This document shows, one piece after another, positions 9,329 to 19,429 of a DNA stretch of 64,000 bases. Where the stretch lies: NCBI GenBank assembly GCA_051861545.1, contig JBIMKP010000007.1, positions 5,206 to 69,205 on the forward strand, read 5' to 3'. Source of the stretch: Bacteroidia bacterium (GTDB lineage Bacteria; Bacteroidota; Bacteroidia; UKL13-3). Position numbers and translations under genes: made by a program. The notes below the pieces were generated by a model. That model was given only the letters and a program-made list of their open reading frames with translations. It made no database searches and was not told where the DNA came from. Positions within the stretch are counted from its first letter, which is position 1. Each line of letters opens with the position of its first letter.

Positions 9329-9544
9329 TTAGTTCAAGTTAATTAACAAACAAATATAATAAAAAGAGTCAAGCTGTTTAGTTATCAATGCTTTGAATAA
9401 ATCAAGCATTAACTAAGAAAATCTCATTTTGGTATTTAAAAAATGAGATTAATATCCCTTTTGAATAAATAAATTCAACTCCGAGGAAATTTCAAATAAT
9501 TCAAAAGTTTAAGTTTTTTAATTGAACCAATATTTTAAGAATTC

Positions 9545-9946
9545 GAATACCGCAAATTTACCAGTTGAAAAAATATTAGGATAGCTGATCCTAGTATTAT
9601 TCTTGTCTTAAACTAATTCAAAAGTTGCATGTTATTTTGCTTCAATATTGAACTTTGAACAAACAAAAATTATATTTAAACTGCGTAAAAACCCCGTTAG
9701 GTGGTTTAACATTGGTAGTATTAAAATCGTTTGAACGTCCTACGCAACGCCCTCTCTTCCGCGGACCGAAGGTCCGCGGAAGAGAGGGCGTTGCGGGTGT
9801 GTTTATTCATTTATGTTCTACCAGTGTTATGTACCTGACGGCACAAAAGATTTTAGTAAAATGAAAGTTCAATTTTAAAAAGAAAGAATTAAAAATTCCC
9901 TTAATCCCAAGAAGAAAACTTTTTTTAGGAAAAGAAGCGGATAGTC
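9545..9946. mobile_element. MITE-like intergenic repeat, copy 2 (diverged)
   Basis: Left end gaataccgcaaatttaccag and right end gaagcggatagtc match the TIR region of the other copies. Conserved ccccg.taggtggt block. Perfect 53-bp palindrome at 9743-9795. Confidence 0.6.
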
Positions 9947-10066
9947 GTATTTAATAATAAAGAAAATGTATTCACTCATTTTCACTTCAAACTGGCTTCT
10001 CTCTAATTTCATTATTCACTCAGTCATACTTTCAAATTTTACACATAGAAAAGTACTGCTTATTCA

Positions 10067-10074
10067 TACCTTTG
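10067..10074 (+). promoter_or_regulatory. Bacteroidetes sigma-A -7 box (TAnnTTTG) for ccmF
   Basis: tacctttg lies 7 nt upstream of the ccmF ATG. The same TTTGCGG context occurs at the rplU promoter. Confidence 0.35.
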
Positions 10075-10081
10075 CGGCCAA

Positions 10082-12484
10082 ATGAATGAAGTAGTTTTTT
10101 TAAACGAACACCTCTTTTGGGGTAATTTAGGCCACAGCGCCGTTGTAATCTCTTTTGTTACATCTATTCTGGCAGCCATTTCTTACTTTTTTGCCGAGTC
10201 GAAACCTTTAGATAAAAGTTGGGAAACCTTAGCTAAATGGTCGTTTCACCTCCATAGTTTGGCTGTTTTAACCATTATTGGGACTTTATTTAATATTATT
10301 TACCAGCATTATTTCGAATACCATTATGCATGGCAGCACAGTAGCCGCGATTTGCCTGTGCATTTCATGATTTCATGTTTCTGGGAAGGGCAGGAGGGAA
10401 GTTTCCTTCTTTGGATTTTCTGGCAAATGGTAATCGGACAGATTTTACTTAGAACCGCTAAAACCTGGTTAAATCCTACAATGGCGGTATTAATGCTCTC
10501 TCAAATTGCGCTTACTAGCATGTTACTTGGTGTAAAAATTCTAGGTTATAAATTGGGAAGTAGTCCTTTTGAATTGCTTAGAAACGTAATGCAAGATGCT
10601 CCAATTTTTAAACAAGCCGATTATTTAAGCAAAGTAAAAGATGGTAATGGTTTAAATCCTTTGCTTCAAAATTATTGGATGGTAATACACCCACCAACTT
10701 TGTTCTTTGGTTTTGCTACTACTGTTGTTCCTTTTGCTTACGGAATTGCTTCATTGTGGCGTAAAGACCATTCAGGTTGGTTAAAACCTGCTTTACCTTG
10801 GGCTTTAATAAGTGTAATGGTATTGGGTGCTGGAATTATTATGGGTGGTTTTTGGGCTTATGAAAGTTTAAGTTTTGGCGGTTATTGGGCTTGGGATCCA
10901 GTTGAAAATGCTTCTCTAGTGCCTTGGTTGATTTTAATTGCGGGTGTGCATGTACTCATCATTCATAAAACAACAGGAAACTCATATATAGTCGCACTAA
11001 CATTAATTCTTGCTACATTTTTATTGGTTTTATATGCTACTTTTTTAACCCGTTCAGGCATTTTAGGCAATTCTTCAGTTCACTCATTTACCGATTTAGG
11101 AATGAGTGGTCAGTTATTGGTATTCCTTTTGGTATTCGTGATTTTGTCTATCGGTTTGATGGTTTGGAGATGGAAATCATTACCTCGCTCGGCTAAAGAT
11201 GAAGATATTTTTACTCGTGAGTTCTGGATGTTTATTGGTAGTTTGTTGCTAGTAATTTCAGCCTTTCAGGTTACATTAACAACTTCAATCCCAGTTTTTA
11301 ATAAAGTGTTTTCTGCTAATTTAGCTCCACCTGCCGATGTAATTGGTCATTATAACAAATGGCAAATGCCATTAGCCGTTTTGGTTGCTATTTTAACTGC
11401 TGTTGCACAATTGTTAAAATACAAAACCAATCAGAAAGTTGCCTTAAGAAAAATAGGTATTTATGCTGCTATATCTCTTGTTTTAAGTATTCTTTTATTC
11501 TTTGGTTTTCAGTTGAAGAATTGGGCTTATTTCTTGTTGTTATTTGCTGGAAATTATGCAGTTGTAGTCAATTCTATTTTATTGGCACCTTATTTCAGAG
11601 GCAAAATTAAACTAGCTGGTGCAAGTGTTGCTCATATTGGTTTTGGTGTTCTTTTATTAGGAGTTTTGGTTTCATCAGCTAATAAGAAAGTAATTTCTAT
11701 TAATGAGACTGGACAAGCTTTAAACCCTGAATTCAGTAACAAAGAAAATGTAGAAAATATATTTCTTGAAAGAGGAAAAGCCAATAAAATGGGTGATTAT
11801 ATTATCACCTATAAAAAAGATTCACAACATTGGGTAAATACTTACTACCAAGTAAATTACCAAAAATTGAACTCAAAAGATGAGGTTGATTATGAGTTCG
11901 ATTTATATCCAAATGGACAAATTAATCCTAAATTCGGTTTGGTTGCTAATCCAGATACCAAACATTATTTAAGTCATGATGTATTTACCTACGTAAGTTC
12001 GGTTCCATCACAAAAAGCCGACCCTAAATTTGTGAATACAAAAACACATTCAGTAAAACCAGGAGATACTATTTATACCAATAATGCTTGGATTGTTTTA
12101 GTAGGAGTAAATACCAATGCTGATGCTGAAAATTTAGATGTTAAAAATTTACAAGTATTGTTAGGAGCTGAATTAAAGGTTCATACATTAGATAAAGTCT
12201 ACGATGCCATGCCAATGTATGGTGTACAAAATAATCAGGCTATTAGTTATGATGCTTTGGTTGATGAAGCTAAATTAAAATTTAGTTTCAAAGGAGTAGA
12301 TCCTGCAAAAGGAAGTATTACTATTGAAACTTCAGAAAAAGACCAAAGTGGTGAATTTATAATTATGAAAGCTATTGTATTTCCTTGGATTAATTTGGTT
12401 TGGGCAGGAACCATTATTATGATTATTGGCTTTTTTATAGCTATCATAAGAAGAATTCAAGAATATAGAAGAGTTGTTGCATAA
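10082..12484 (+). CDS. ccmF: Cytochrome c-type biogenesis heme lyase CcmF
   Basis: 800-aa polytopic membrane protein with the WWD motif GGYWAWDPVENASLVPWL. Confidence 0.8.
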   Translation: MNEVVFLNEHLFWGNLGHSAVVISFVTSILAAISYFFAESKPLDKSWETLAKWSFHLHSLAVLTIIGTLFNIIYQHYFEYHYAWQHSSRDLPVHFMISCFWEGQEGSFLLWIFWQMVIGQILLRTAKTWLNPTMAVLMLSQIALTSMLLGVKILGYKLGSSPFELLRNVMQDAPIFKQADYLSKVKDGNGLNPLLQNYWMVIHPPTLFFGFATTVVPFAYGIASLWRKDHSGWLKPALPWALISVMVLGAGIIMGGFWAYESLSFGGYWAWDPVENASLVPWLILIAGVHVLIIHKTTGNSYIVALTLILATFLLVLYATFLTRSGILGNSSVHSFTDLGMSGQLLVFLLVFVILSIGLMVWRWKSLPRSAKDEDIFTREFWMFIGSLLLVISAFQVTLTTSIPVFNKVFSANLAPPADVIGHYNKWQMPLAVLVAILTAVAQLLKYKTNQKVALRKIGIYAAISLVLSILLFFGFQLKNWAYFLLLFAGNYAVVVNSILLAPYFRGKIKLAGASVAHIGFGVLLLGVLVSSANKKVISINETGQALNPEFSNKENVENIFLERGKANKMGDYIITYKKDSQHWVNTYYQVNYQKLNSKDEVDYEFDLYPNGQINPKFGLVANPDTKHYLSHDVFTYVSSVPSQKADPKFVNTKTHSVKPGDTIYTNNAWIVLVGVNTNADAENLDVKNLQVLLGAELKVHTLDKVYDAMPMYGVQNNQAISYDALVDEAKLKFSFKGVDPAKGSITIETSEKDQSGEFIIMKAIVFPWINLVWAGTIIMIIGFFIAIIRRIQEYRRVVA

Positions 12485-12568
12485 TTTAAAGCAAAGGGAA
12501 GAAATAGTGGCGAATTTCAGGCATTTGGTTATTTTCGCCCTTTAATTAGAAAATTTTTAGAGATTATT

Positions 12569-13129
12569 ATGGCTAATACAGGAGATTTATTTAGAGGCTG
12601 TTTCATTAAACATAACAATGAATTGTGCCAAGTAATGGAATACCAACACCGTACACCAGGCAATTTACGTGCGTTTTATCAAGTTGTTCTTAAAAACGTA
12701 AAAACTGGAAAACAAATGGAGCACCGTTACCGTGCAGGTGAAAGTGTTGAAATGGTGCGTGTTGAATTCAAAGAAATGCAATATTTGTATAAAGACGGAA
12801 ATGCCTTGGTTTTAATGGACCCAGAATCTTATGACCAGATTTATGTTGAAGAAAGTATTTTTGGACCTGCCGCTCAATTCTTAAAAGAAGAAATGATTGT
12901 GAAGGTATCTTTTGAAGGTGATATTTGTATTGGTGGTGAAGCTCCAACTTTTGTTATTTTAGAAGTAACTTACACAGAACCAGGTCTTAAAGGTGATACT
13001 GCAACCAACACATTAAAGCCGGCTACTTTAGATAACGGTGCAGAAGTAAGAGTTCCACTTTTCTGTAATGTTGGTGATAAAGTGAAAGTTGATACCAGAA
13101 CTGGAGAATACGTAGAAAGAGTTAAGTAA
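12569..13129 (+). CDS. efp: Elongation factor P
   Basis: 186 aa. KNVKTGKQMEHRYRAGESVE region and three-domain length are typical of EF-P. Confidence 0.85.
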   Translation: MANTGDLFRGCFIKHNNELCQVMEYQHRTPGNLRAFYQVVLKNVKTGKQMEHRYRAGESVEMVRVEFKEMQYLYKDGNALVLMDPESYDQIYVEESIFGPAAQFLKEEMIVKVSFEGDICIGGEAPTFVILEVTYTEPGLKGDTATNTLKPATLDNGAEVRVPLFCNVGDKVKVDTRTGEYVERVK

Positions 13130-13153
13130 TTATTAGTTTAATGTTAAATATCA

Positions 13154-13189
13154 AAACCTCAGGTGTTAAAATCACCTGAGGTTTTTTTT
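13154..13189 (+). terminator. Rho-independent terminator of efp
   Basis: aaacctcaggtg-ttaaaat-cacctgaggttt followed by an 8-nt T-run. Confidence 0.8.
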
Positions 13190-13199
13190 ATGTGTTTAG

Positions 13200-13868
13200 T
13201 TGATTTATATTTACGTAATGAAAGGAGTTTTTGTCTTATTTCTGGCACTTATTACATCTGTTGAAGTTTCTCAACCAAATTGGGAATTAAAGAAAAAGGG
13301 TCCCGGGATTTTCATTTATACTGCTAATACTGAGTCATCTGCAATTAAAGATATCAAAGCAACTTTAGATTTAAAAGGTAGTTTATCCTCAGTAGTCTCG
13401 GTTGTAACCGATTTAAAATCCTATCCTAATTGGATTTATAATTGCTCAGAAGGCAGAGTGCTAAGTATGGTTGGCGATTCTGAACTCTATTTCTACCAAA
13501 GAATAGAAGCGCCTTGGCCAGTATCTGATAGAGATTTGTGTTCACGTTATAAAATTCGTCAAAATCCGGAAACCTTAGAGTTGACAGTTGTATCACAGGC
13601 AGTTCCAAATTTGTTGCCAGAGATAGAAGGGGTTGTTCGTGTTCAAAGATCGAAAACCCAATGGAGAATTAAACCAATTGGAAATGATATCTTAAAAGGT
13701 GAATATTATTTAAGTGTAGATCCCGGTGGAGATGTACCTGCTTGGCTCATTAATCTATTTATTACGGAAGGTCCGTATGAAAGTCTTTTGAAGTTAAAAA
13801 CCATGATTAATGATGCTCCATATAAAGAAGCAAAGTACTCTTGGTTAAAAGAGTTTAAGGGAAAATAG
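13200..13868 (+). CDS. Hypothetical secreted protein
   Basis: Signal peptide. The true start is probably the Met at 13218 (MKGVFVLFLALITS). No recognised motif. Confidence 0.4.
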   Translation: MIYIYVMKGVFVLFLALITSVEVSQPNWELKKKGPGIFIYTANTESSAIKDIKATLDLKGSLSSVVSVVTDLKSYPNWIYNCSEGRVLSMVGDSELYFYQRIEAPWPVSDRDLCSRYKIRQNPETLELTVVSQAVPNLLPEIEGVVRVQRSKTQWRIKPIGNDILKGEYYLSVDPGGDVPAWLINLFITEGPYESLLKLKTMINDAPYKEAKYSWLKEFKGK

Positions 13869-14068
13869 GTTTGTGAACGATTATTTTAATTGCTTTGAAA
13901 TAATTCTTCAAATCAGAAGCTAATCTTGCTATTGAGTGTCACGAAATTGTCATTCACATAAATCTTTTCATTTTTTTTAATATTCCTGTTTGAAATTAAA
14001 AACAATAAATTATCTTGCGAGTCGATTGCCCATCTAGGGGTAGAAGAGGGCAGTCTGTTTCATAGGCT

Positions 14069-14106
14069 AAAGGGAGTTCCGCAAGGAGCTCCCTTACTTT
14101 TTTTAT
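14069..14106 (+). terminator. Rho-independent terminator about 200 nt downstream of the nearest + strand gene
   Basis: aagggagttcc-gcaa-ggagctccctt followed by acttttttt. The T-run follows the stem only on the + strand. Confidence 0.5.
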
Positions 14107-14117
14107 AGGCCTTGATT

Positions 14118-15389
14118 TTAATAATTGTATTTGTCTTTCCAACGGGCTTTTAAGAAATTCCTTTGTTCAATTTCTCTAGGATTATTGCCTGGTTCATACA
14201 ATTTTGTTCCTTTTATTTCATCAGGCATAAATTCTAAATTCACAAAATTGTTTTCATATGCATGAGCGTATGCATAATCTTTTCCATAGTTCAATTCCTT
14301 CATTAATTTGGTAGGTGCATTTCTTAAGTGTAAAGGAACTCGTAATTGTCCTGTTTTTTTTACCAATGCCAATGCCTCATCAATAGCCACATAACTCGAA
14401 TTGTTTTTTACAGATGTTGCCAAATAAACGGCGCATTGCGAAAGAATTATTCTTCCTTCTGGAACTCCAATTACCCTAATGGCTTGAAAGGTTGTATTGG
14501 CCATTAATAATGCATTTGGATTGGCGTTTCCAATGTCTTCAGAAGCCAAAACCAACATTCTTCTAGCTATAAATTCATAATTTTCGCCTCCTTCCAATAA
14601 CCTGGCTAAGTAATAAACAGCTGCATTTGGGTCGCTGCCTCTAATTGATTTTATAAATGCTGAAATGATATTATAATGCTCCTCACCACTTTTATCATAC
14701 GACATGGTTTTGTGTTGAAGCGTTTTTTCAACCAATGAATTTGTAATTACAATTTGTTCGTCGTTTTTAAACTGATAACAAATCAATTCCAATAGATTCA
14801 ATAATTTTCGAGCATCTCCTTCACTAAACCTAAATAGTGCCGATGTTTCCTTTAATTCAGGATTTTTTGTTTTTAACCACTCATCTTTTTCAAAAGCTGA
14901 ATTGACAATTCTTTGCAATGCATCTTTATCTAATTCATTTAATATATAAACTTGCGCTCTGCTTAATAATGCGTTGTTTACTTCAAAACTTGGATTTTCT
15001 GTTGTAGCTCCAATTAAAACAATGGTTCCATTTTCTACTGCTCCTAATAAAGCATCTTGCTGACTTTTATTAAAACGATGGATTTCATCAAGAAACAAAA
15101 GCACTTTCCCTAGTTTTTTAGCTTCCTCAATTACTTTTCGAACTTCTGCAACTCCGGCTTGAATAGCACTGAGATAATAAAAATGCAATCCCAAATGCTG
15201 ACCTATAATTTTGGCCAAAGTTGTTTTACCAACGCCGGGTGGTCCCCAAAATATCATGGAAGGAATATTCTTATTTGCGATTGCTTTTCTTATAATTCCC
15301 TCATTTCCTGTTAAATGCTCCTGTCCAATTAAATCGTCGAGGGTTTGAGGCCTAACTCTTTCTGCAAGTGGCTTATTAGAATCGTTCAT
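14118..15389 (-). CDS. rarA: Replication-associated recombination protein A (AAA ATPase RarA/MgsA)
   Basis: Walker A GPPGVGKTTLA. N-terminus LAERVRPQTLDDLIGQEH. C-terminal MgsA helical domain. The ORF extends to 15443, but the start is probably the Met at 15389. Confidence 0.85.
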   Translation of the reverse strand: MNDSNKPLAERVRPQTLDDLIGQEHLTGNEGIIRKAIANKNIPSMIFWGPPGVGKTTLAKIIGQHLGLHFYYLSAIQAGVAEVRKVIEEAKKLGKVLLFLDEIHRFNKSQQDALLGAVENGTIVLIGATTENPSFEVNNALLSRAQVYILNELDKDALQRIVNSAFEKDEWLKTKNPELKETSALFRFSEGDARKLLNLLELICYQFKNDEQIVITNSLVEKTLQHKTMSYDKSGEEHYNIISAFIKSIRGSDPNAAVYYLARLLEGGENYEFIARRMLVLASEDIGNANPNALLMANTTFQAIRVIGVPEGRIILSQCAVYLATSVKNNSSYVAIDEALALVKKTGQLRVPLHLRNAPTKLMKELNYGKDYAYAHAYENNFVNLEFMPDEIKGTKLYEPGNNPREIEQRNFLKARWKDKYNY

Positions 15390-15406
15390 GTAATTTTCCT
15401 TTATAT

Positions 15407-15898
15407 TTGTTTGATATGGCCAAAGCTTATCACAAATATGCACTTTTGTTTTTGCTTCATTTTGTACTTATATCAAAGCTCAAAAGTCAAGAATTACCTG
15501 ATAGTATAAGATTTGCTATTATAGCCGAAAATTACTGGCAGGATACAATTTCGAATGAGCTTTCTGATAGTAATATTGTTGTTAAAAAAGGCTATTCAAA
15601 AATTGGAAGAGCTAGTAATTATGCCAATAAATTCCAAGGTAGAAAAACAGCTAGTGGCGAAAGGTATTCACATAAAAAATACACAGCTGCTCATCGTAAG
15701 TTAAAATTTGGAACCAAAGTAAAAGTCACCAACCTTAAAACAGGAGTTTGGGTTATTGTTAGAATTAACGATCGTGGACCTTATTCCAAAAAGTTCATGA
15801 TAGATTTATCGTTAATTGCAGCTAAGAAATTAAATCTTCATAAAACAGATGCCAAAGTAAAAATGGAGGTTTTAGAAGAAGCTCCCAATAAAAAGTAA
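15407..15898 (+). CDS. rlpA: RlpA-like double-psi beta-barrel (DPBB) lipoprotein
   Basis: GRASNYANKFQGRKTASGERYSHKKYTAAHRKLKFGTKVKVTNLKTGVWVIVRINDRGPY matches the RlpA DPBB domain. Confidence 0.7.
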   Translation: MFDMAKAYHKYALLFLLHFVLISKLKSQELPDSIRFAIIAENYWQDTISNELSDSNIVVKKGYSKIGRASNYANKFQGRKTASGERYSHKKYTAAHRKLKFGTKVKVTNLKTGVWVIVRINDRGPYSKKFMIDLSLIAAKKLNLHKTDAKVKMEVLEEAPNKK

Positions 15899-15917
15899 GG
15901 CTAATTTTTATTGGAAA

Positions 15918-16919
15918 TTACTTTTTCAATCTCCAGATATTTCCATTTTTTGTTTGAAAAACCTGCAATTTCCCTTCTTTACTTAATTGATTCAGAATCT
16001 CCAATCCCTTATTTGTATTGACTTCACTCAATTCACAAAACTCTTTTAATGTTAAAGATGAAAACATGGTGAATAATGATTTCCAATCTTTGTTATACTT
16101 CTGTTTGATTGCATTTGGATTCAAGCTAATTATGATATTTTCAAATGCTGTATAAGGTTTAAATCCATTTATGTACTGGAAGTTTTTAGTTTGATTTGAA
16201 ATTATCAATGTTGGAAAGCCGCGAACGCCTGTCTCAGCAGTAATTTTAAGGTCGTTTTGAAACAACTCATTTGCTATGTTTTCTGAATCTTTTTTTAGTT
16301 TGATTGCATCCAATCCAACTTCTTTTGCTGCTGAACTCAAATAAGTCCAATTACAAATATTTTTCTTTTCTAGAAATACCATTTCTCTAATTCTTCTTAG
16401 AAATAACAATGCCTTCTCTTCATCTTGTAGTTGAGCAGCTTTAAATGCAATTGAAGGAGGATAAGACGATGGAAGTGGATCTTCTAACCAAATATCACCA
16501 TCAATTGGCATTTGGTAATATTGGCTAACTTCATCCCAATGGTGTGATACATCAGAAGGTTTACTAATGCCACCACTATTGTATGACCAGTCTTTTAGTA
16601 AACCACCCATTCTGTATTCAATAGAAAAATAGTCTCCATATTCTAATTTCAGTTTTCTTAACTGTGCTTCAATTCCCCAACAAGATGAACAAATTGGGTC
16701 GGTGAAATAAAAAATATGAATTGATTTATTGCTTTGTTTTGGTACGATATCAATTTGTTGTATTGTTGAATCTGCAATTTCACAGGTTCCTGAATCGGTA
16801 TTGCATAAAAGTGGATTATTGCTTTTTTCTTGATGTTGCATGTTTTTGGTTTGTGCATCACATGCAGTTGTTGTAAGTAAAATTAAGAAACTACAAATTA
16901 GTGTGATGCGTATTTTCAT
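15918..16919 (-). CDS. DsbA-like thioredoxin-fold oxidoreductase (secreted)
   Basis: CSSCW active-site motif (FYFTDPICSSCWGIEAQ). The signal peptide starts at MKIRITLICSF. The ORF extends to 16970. Confidence 0.55.
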   Translation of the reverse strand: MKIRITLICSFLILLTTTACDAQTKNMQHQEKSNNPLLCNTDSGTCEIADSTIQQIDIVPKQSNKSIHIFYFTDPICSSCWGIEAQLRKLKLEYGDYFSIEYRMGGLLKDWSYNSGGISKPSDVSHHWDEVSQYYQMPIDGDIWLEDPLPSSYPPSIAFKAAQLQDEEKALLFLRRIREMVFLEKKNICNWTYLSSAAKEVGLDAIKLKKDSENIANELFQNDLKITAETGVRGFPTLIISNQTKNFQYINGFKPYTAFENIIISLNPNAIKQKYNKDWKSLFTMFSSLTLKEFCELSEVNTNKGLEILNQLSKEGKLQVFQTKNGNIWRLKK

Positions 16920-16999
16920 TTTATATTTGGATTCGAAAACAAACATCCGATTAATTATACTACCAATCAATTAGTCAGAAAAACCTGACCTCAAAAAAA

Positions 17000-17293
17000 A
17001 TGGAAACAGAAAGTACTTGTCCGGCAGAAACCTTACTTAAGCTATTATCAGGCAAATGGAAGCCTCAGATTTTTAAACTAGCACTAGAAGGTCCTTTGAG
17101 GTTTAATTCATTATTAAGACAATTAGAAGGTTCTAATAAACAATCAATTGCTGTAGCCTTAAAAGAGTTGGAGGAACAAGGTTTACTTGATAAAACTATC
17201 ATCAAATTAAAGCCACTTCATATTGAATATAATTTATCAGAAAAAGGAAAAACCATGATTCCGGTTTTCATGCAGCTTGAAAATCTTGCTTAA
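17000..17293 (+). CDS. HxlR-family winged-helix transcriptional regulator
   Basis: CPAETLLKLLSGKWKPQIFKLALEGPLRFNSLLRQL is the HxlR signature. 97 aa. Confidence 0.7.
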   Translation: METESTCPAETLLKLLSGKWKPQIFKLALEGPLRFNSLLRQLEGSNKQSIAVALKELEEQGLLDKTIIKLKPLHIEYNLSEKGKTMIPVFMQLENLA

Positions 17294-17901
17294 TTTTTAA
17301 TTTGAGAAAAACACCAGCACATTTCTTGAGCAATTTCTAAACTTCTTTCAGCGTATTTACTCGATTGTAATTCGGTATTGTCGAATATTTTTGGGTCGTC
17401 ATATTTTATTGGAAAACGAGCTTCCGCGCCAAATACCAAAGGACAAGCTTCGTCTGCACTGTTACATGTCATGATAGCTCCAAATTGTGTTTTAGGATTG
17501 AAATTATGATTGTAGGTTTTCGAAAAACAAACGACAGGCATTTCATTCTCCGCAAATTTTACAGCATATACCGGATTTGTTGTTTCACTCAATTTAAGTA
17601 TTTCAAATCCTTGACTTATTAATGTTTCTGCTACTTTAGGAAACATAGCTGTTGCTTCAGTTCCCCCTGAATAACAGAAAACATTTTTTATACCAAAATG
17701 ATGCGCCATTGTTTGAGCCCAAATTTGAGATAAATGACTTCTTCTTGAATTATGCGTACAGATAAAATTCAAACGAATATTATCACCATTGTCTTTTTTT
17801 GTTTGAATGTATTGAATCAAACCACCTAAAATTTCTTTTCTTTCAGCTGATATATTTTCAGCATTAAAACCAGTAATGATTTCTGAAATAGCTTTAAACA
17901 T
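17290..17901 (-). CDS. arsC: Arsenate reductase, low-molecular-weight phosphatase family (ArsC-like)
   Basis: CX5R P-loop CTHNSRRS near the N-terminus. Overlaps and is co-oriented with acr3 and arsR. Longer than the canonical ~140 aa. Confidence 0.5.
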   Translation of the reverse strand: MFKAISEIITGFNAENISAERKEILGGLIQYIQTKKDNGDNIRLNFICTHNSRRSHLSQIWAQTMAHHFGIKNVFCYSGGTEATAMFPKVAETLISQGFEILKLSETTNPVYAVKFAENEMPVVCFSKTYNHNFNPKTQFGAIMTCNSADEACPLVFGAEARFPIKYDDPKIFDNTELQSSKYAERSLEIAQEMCWCFSQIKN

Positions 17902-18931
17902 GATTGTAATATTTTTTCTTTAAAAATAAACTTGCTTTCACCAATAGAATTAAGACAGGAACTTCAACTAAAGGACCAATTACCCCGACAAAGGCCTGAG
18001 CTGAATGAATACCAAAAATTGCTATGGAAACAGCAATTGCCAATTCAAAATTATTTCCTGTTGCTGTAAATGAAATAGAAGCATTTTTATCATAAGGAAC
18101 ATTCATTGATTTATTGATAAAAAAGCTCACAAAAAACATCAAAATAAAATAAACTACCAATGGCACAGCTACCTTTAAAACATCTAGAGGAAGTTCTAAA
18201 ATCTTATCACCTTTTAGACTAAACATCAACACAATTGTAAATAGTAAGGAATACAAGGTGATTGGTGAAATGGCAGGAACAAATTTGCGATTATACCAAT
18301 CTGGTCCTTTGGCTTTTATTAAAATATTTCTACTTAAATATCCTGCTAAAAATGGAATGCCTAAATATATTCCAACACTTTGAGCAACCTCTATCATGGG
18401 CACTGAAACATTAAAATCTCCTAGCCCAAGTTTTTGGGGTAAAACATTAATAAATAACCAGGCATAAAAACTATAGGTGATTACTTGAAAAATGCTATTT
18501 AAGGCGACCAATAAAGCACCATATTCTCTGTTTCCACCCGCTAAATCATTCCAAACAATAACCATTGCAATACAACGAGCCAATCCAATTAAAATCAATC
18601 CAACCATATAATCAGGTTGGTCTCTTAAAAAAAGTATAGCTAATACAAACATTAAAATCGGACCAATTATCCAGTTGAGAAACAATGAAAGACTCATTAC
18701 TTTGGTGTCTTGAAAAGCTTTTGGTAGTAATGAATAATCAACCTTAGCCAAAGGAGGGTACATCATTAAAATTAAGCCTATTGCTAGAGGAATATTGGTT
18801 GTGCCAATCGATAATTCATCAAAAATGGTTTTTATTCCAGGGAAAAGGAATCCAATTGAGACTCCAACAATCATTGCTAGAAAAATCCAAAGAGTTAAAA
18901 AGCGGTCAAGGAATTTTAGTTTAACTGCCAT
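17894..18931 (-). CDS. acr3: ACR3-family arsenite efflux permease
   Basis: 345-aa ten-TM transporter whose length and hydrophobic pattern fit ACR3. Sits in an operon with arsR and arsC. Confidence 0.6.
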   Translation of the reverse strand: MAVKLKFLDRFLTLWIFLAMIVGVSIGFLFPGIKTIFDELSIGTTNIPLAIGLILMMYPPLAKVDYSLLPKAFQDTKVMSLSLFLNWIIGPILMFVLAILFLRDQPDYMVGLILIGLARCIAMVIVWNDLAGGNREYGALLVALNSIFQVITYSFYAWLFINVLPQKLGLGDFNVSVPMIEVAQSVGIYLGIPFLAGYLSRNILIKAKGPDWYNRKFVPAISPITLYSLLFTIVLMFSLKGDKILELPLDVLKVAVPLVVYFILMFFVSFFINKSMNVPYDKNASISFTATGNNFELAIAVSIAIFGIHSAQAFVGVIGPLVEVPVLILLVKASLFLKKKYYNHV

Positions 18932-19021
18932 ACCAGTTTGTTTTGTGATAAAAATTTAGAAATCGTTCGCAATTATACGAACAATTTTTATTATTCGTAA
19001 TCTTACGAATTGATTTAGTAA

Positions 19022-19372
19022 TTAATTATCACAGCTATCTGTAAGCGAAATATCTCTAAATAGCGCTGAGAAAAGGTTTTGGGCTGTTTCCCAATTTTCT
19101 TTATTGATGCAATATTTAACAGTAGGAGGGGTAATATCACCATGAATTAACCCAGCATCTTTTAATTCATTGAGGTGTTGAGATAAAGTAGATTTTGCAA
19201 TGGGTAATTCCTCGGCCATATCACCATGGTAGCAGCAAGTATGTGAATGTAATAATTGAAGAATGGCAATACGAACAGGATGACCAAGAGCTTTTGCAAA
19301 TCGAGCAATTTGTTCTTGGTCTTTTGTGAAATATTGACTTTTTTTATTCATTACAACTTTAAGTGTTCGCAA
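19022..19372 (-). CDS. arsR: ArsR/SmtB-family metalloregulator
   Basis: HTH region ALGHPVRIAILQLL. Metal-site cysteines HSHTCCYHG. 116 aa. Confidence 0.65.
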   Translation of the reverse strand: MRTLKVVMNKKSQYFTKDQEQIARFAKALGHPVRIAILQLLHSHTCCYHGDMAEELPIAKSTLSQHLNELKDAGLIHGDITPPTVKYCINKENWETAQNLFSALFRDISLTDSCDN

Positions 19373-19429
19373 AAGTACGAATAGTTTTAGTTTTACTCTT
19401 TTGAAGTTTATTAAATATGATTCGAATCC

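Noticed and set aside
9655-9864. Track ORFs 9655-9864 (+) and 47483-47671 (+) lying inside the repeat elements
   Set aside because: They run straight through the perfect palindromes and conserved non-coding blocks. The equivalent frame in copy 1 is broken by a stop (MFIEKCFR*). Their similarity between copies is DNA-level, not protein-level conservation.
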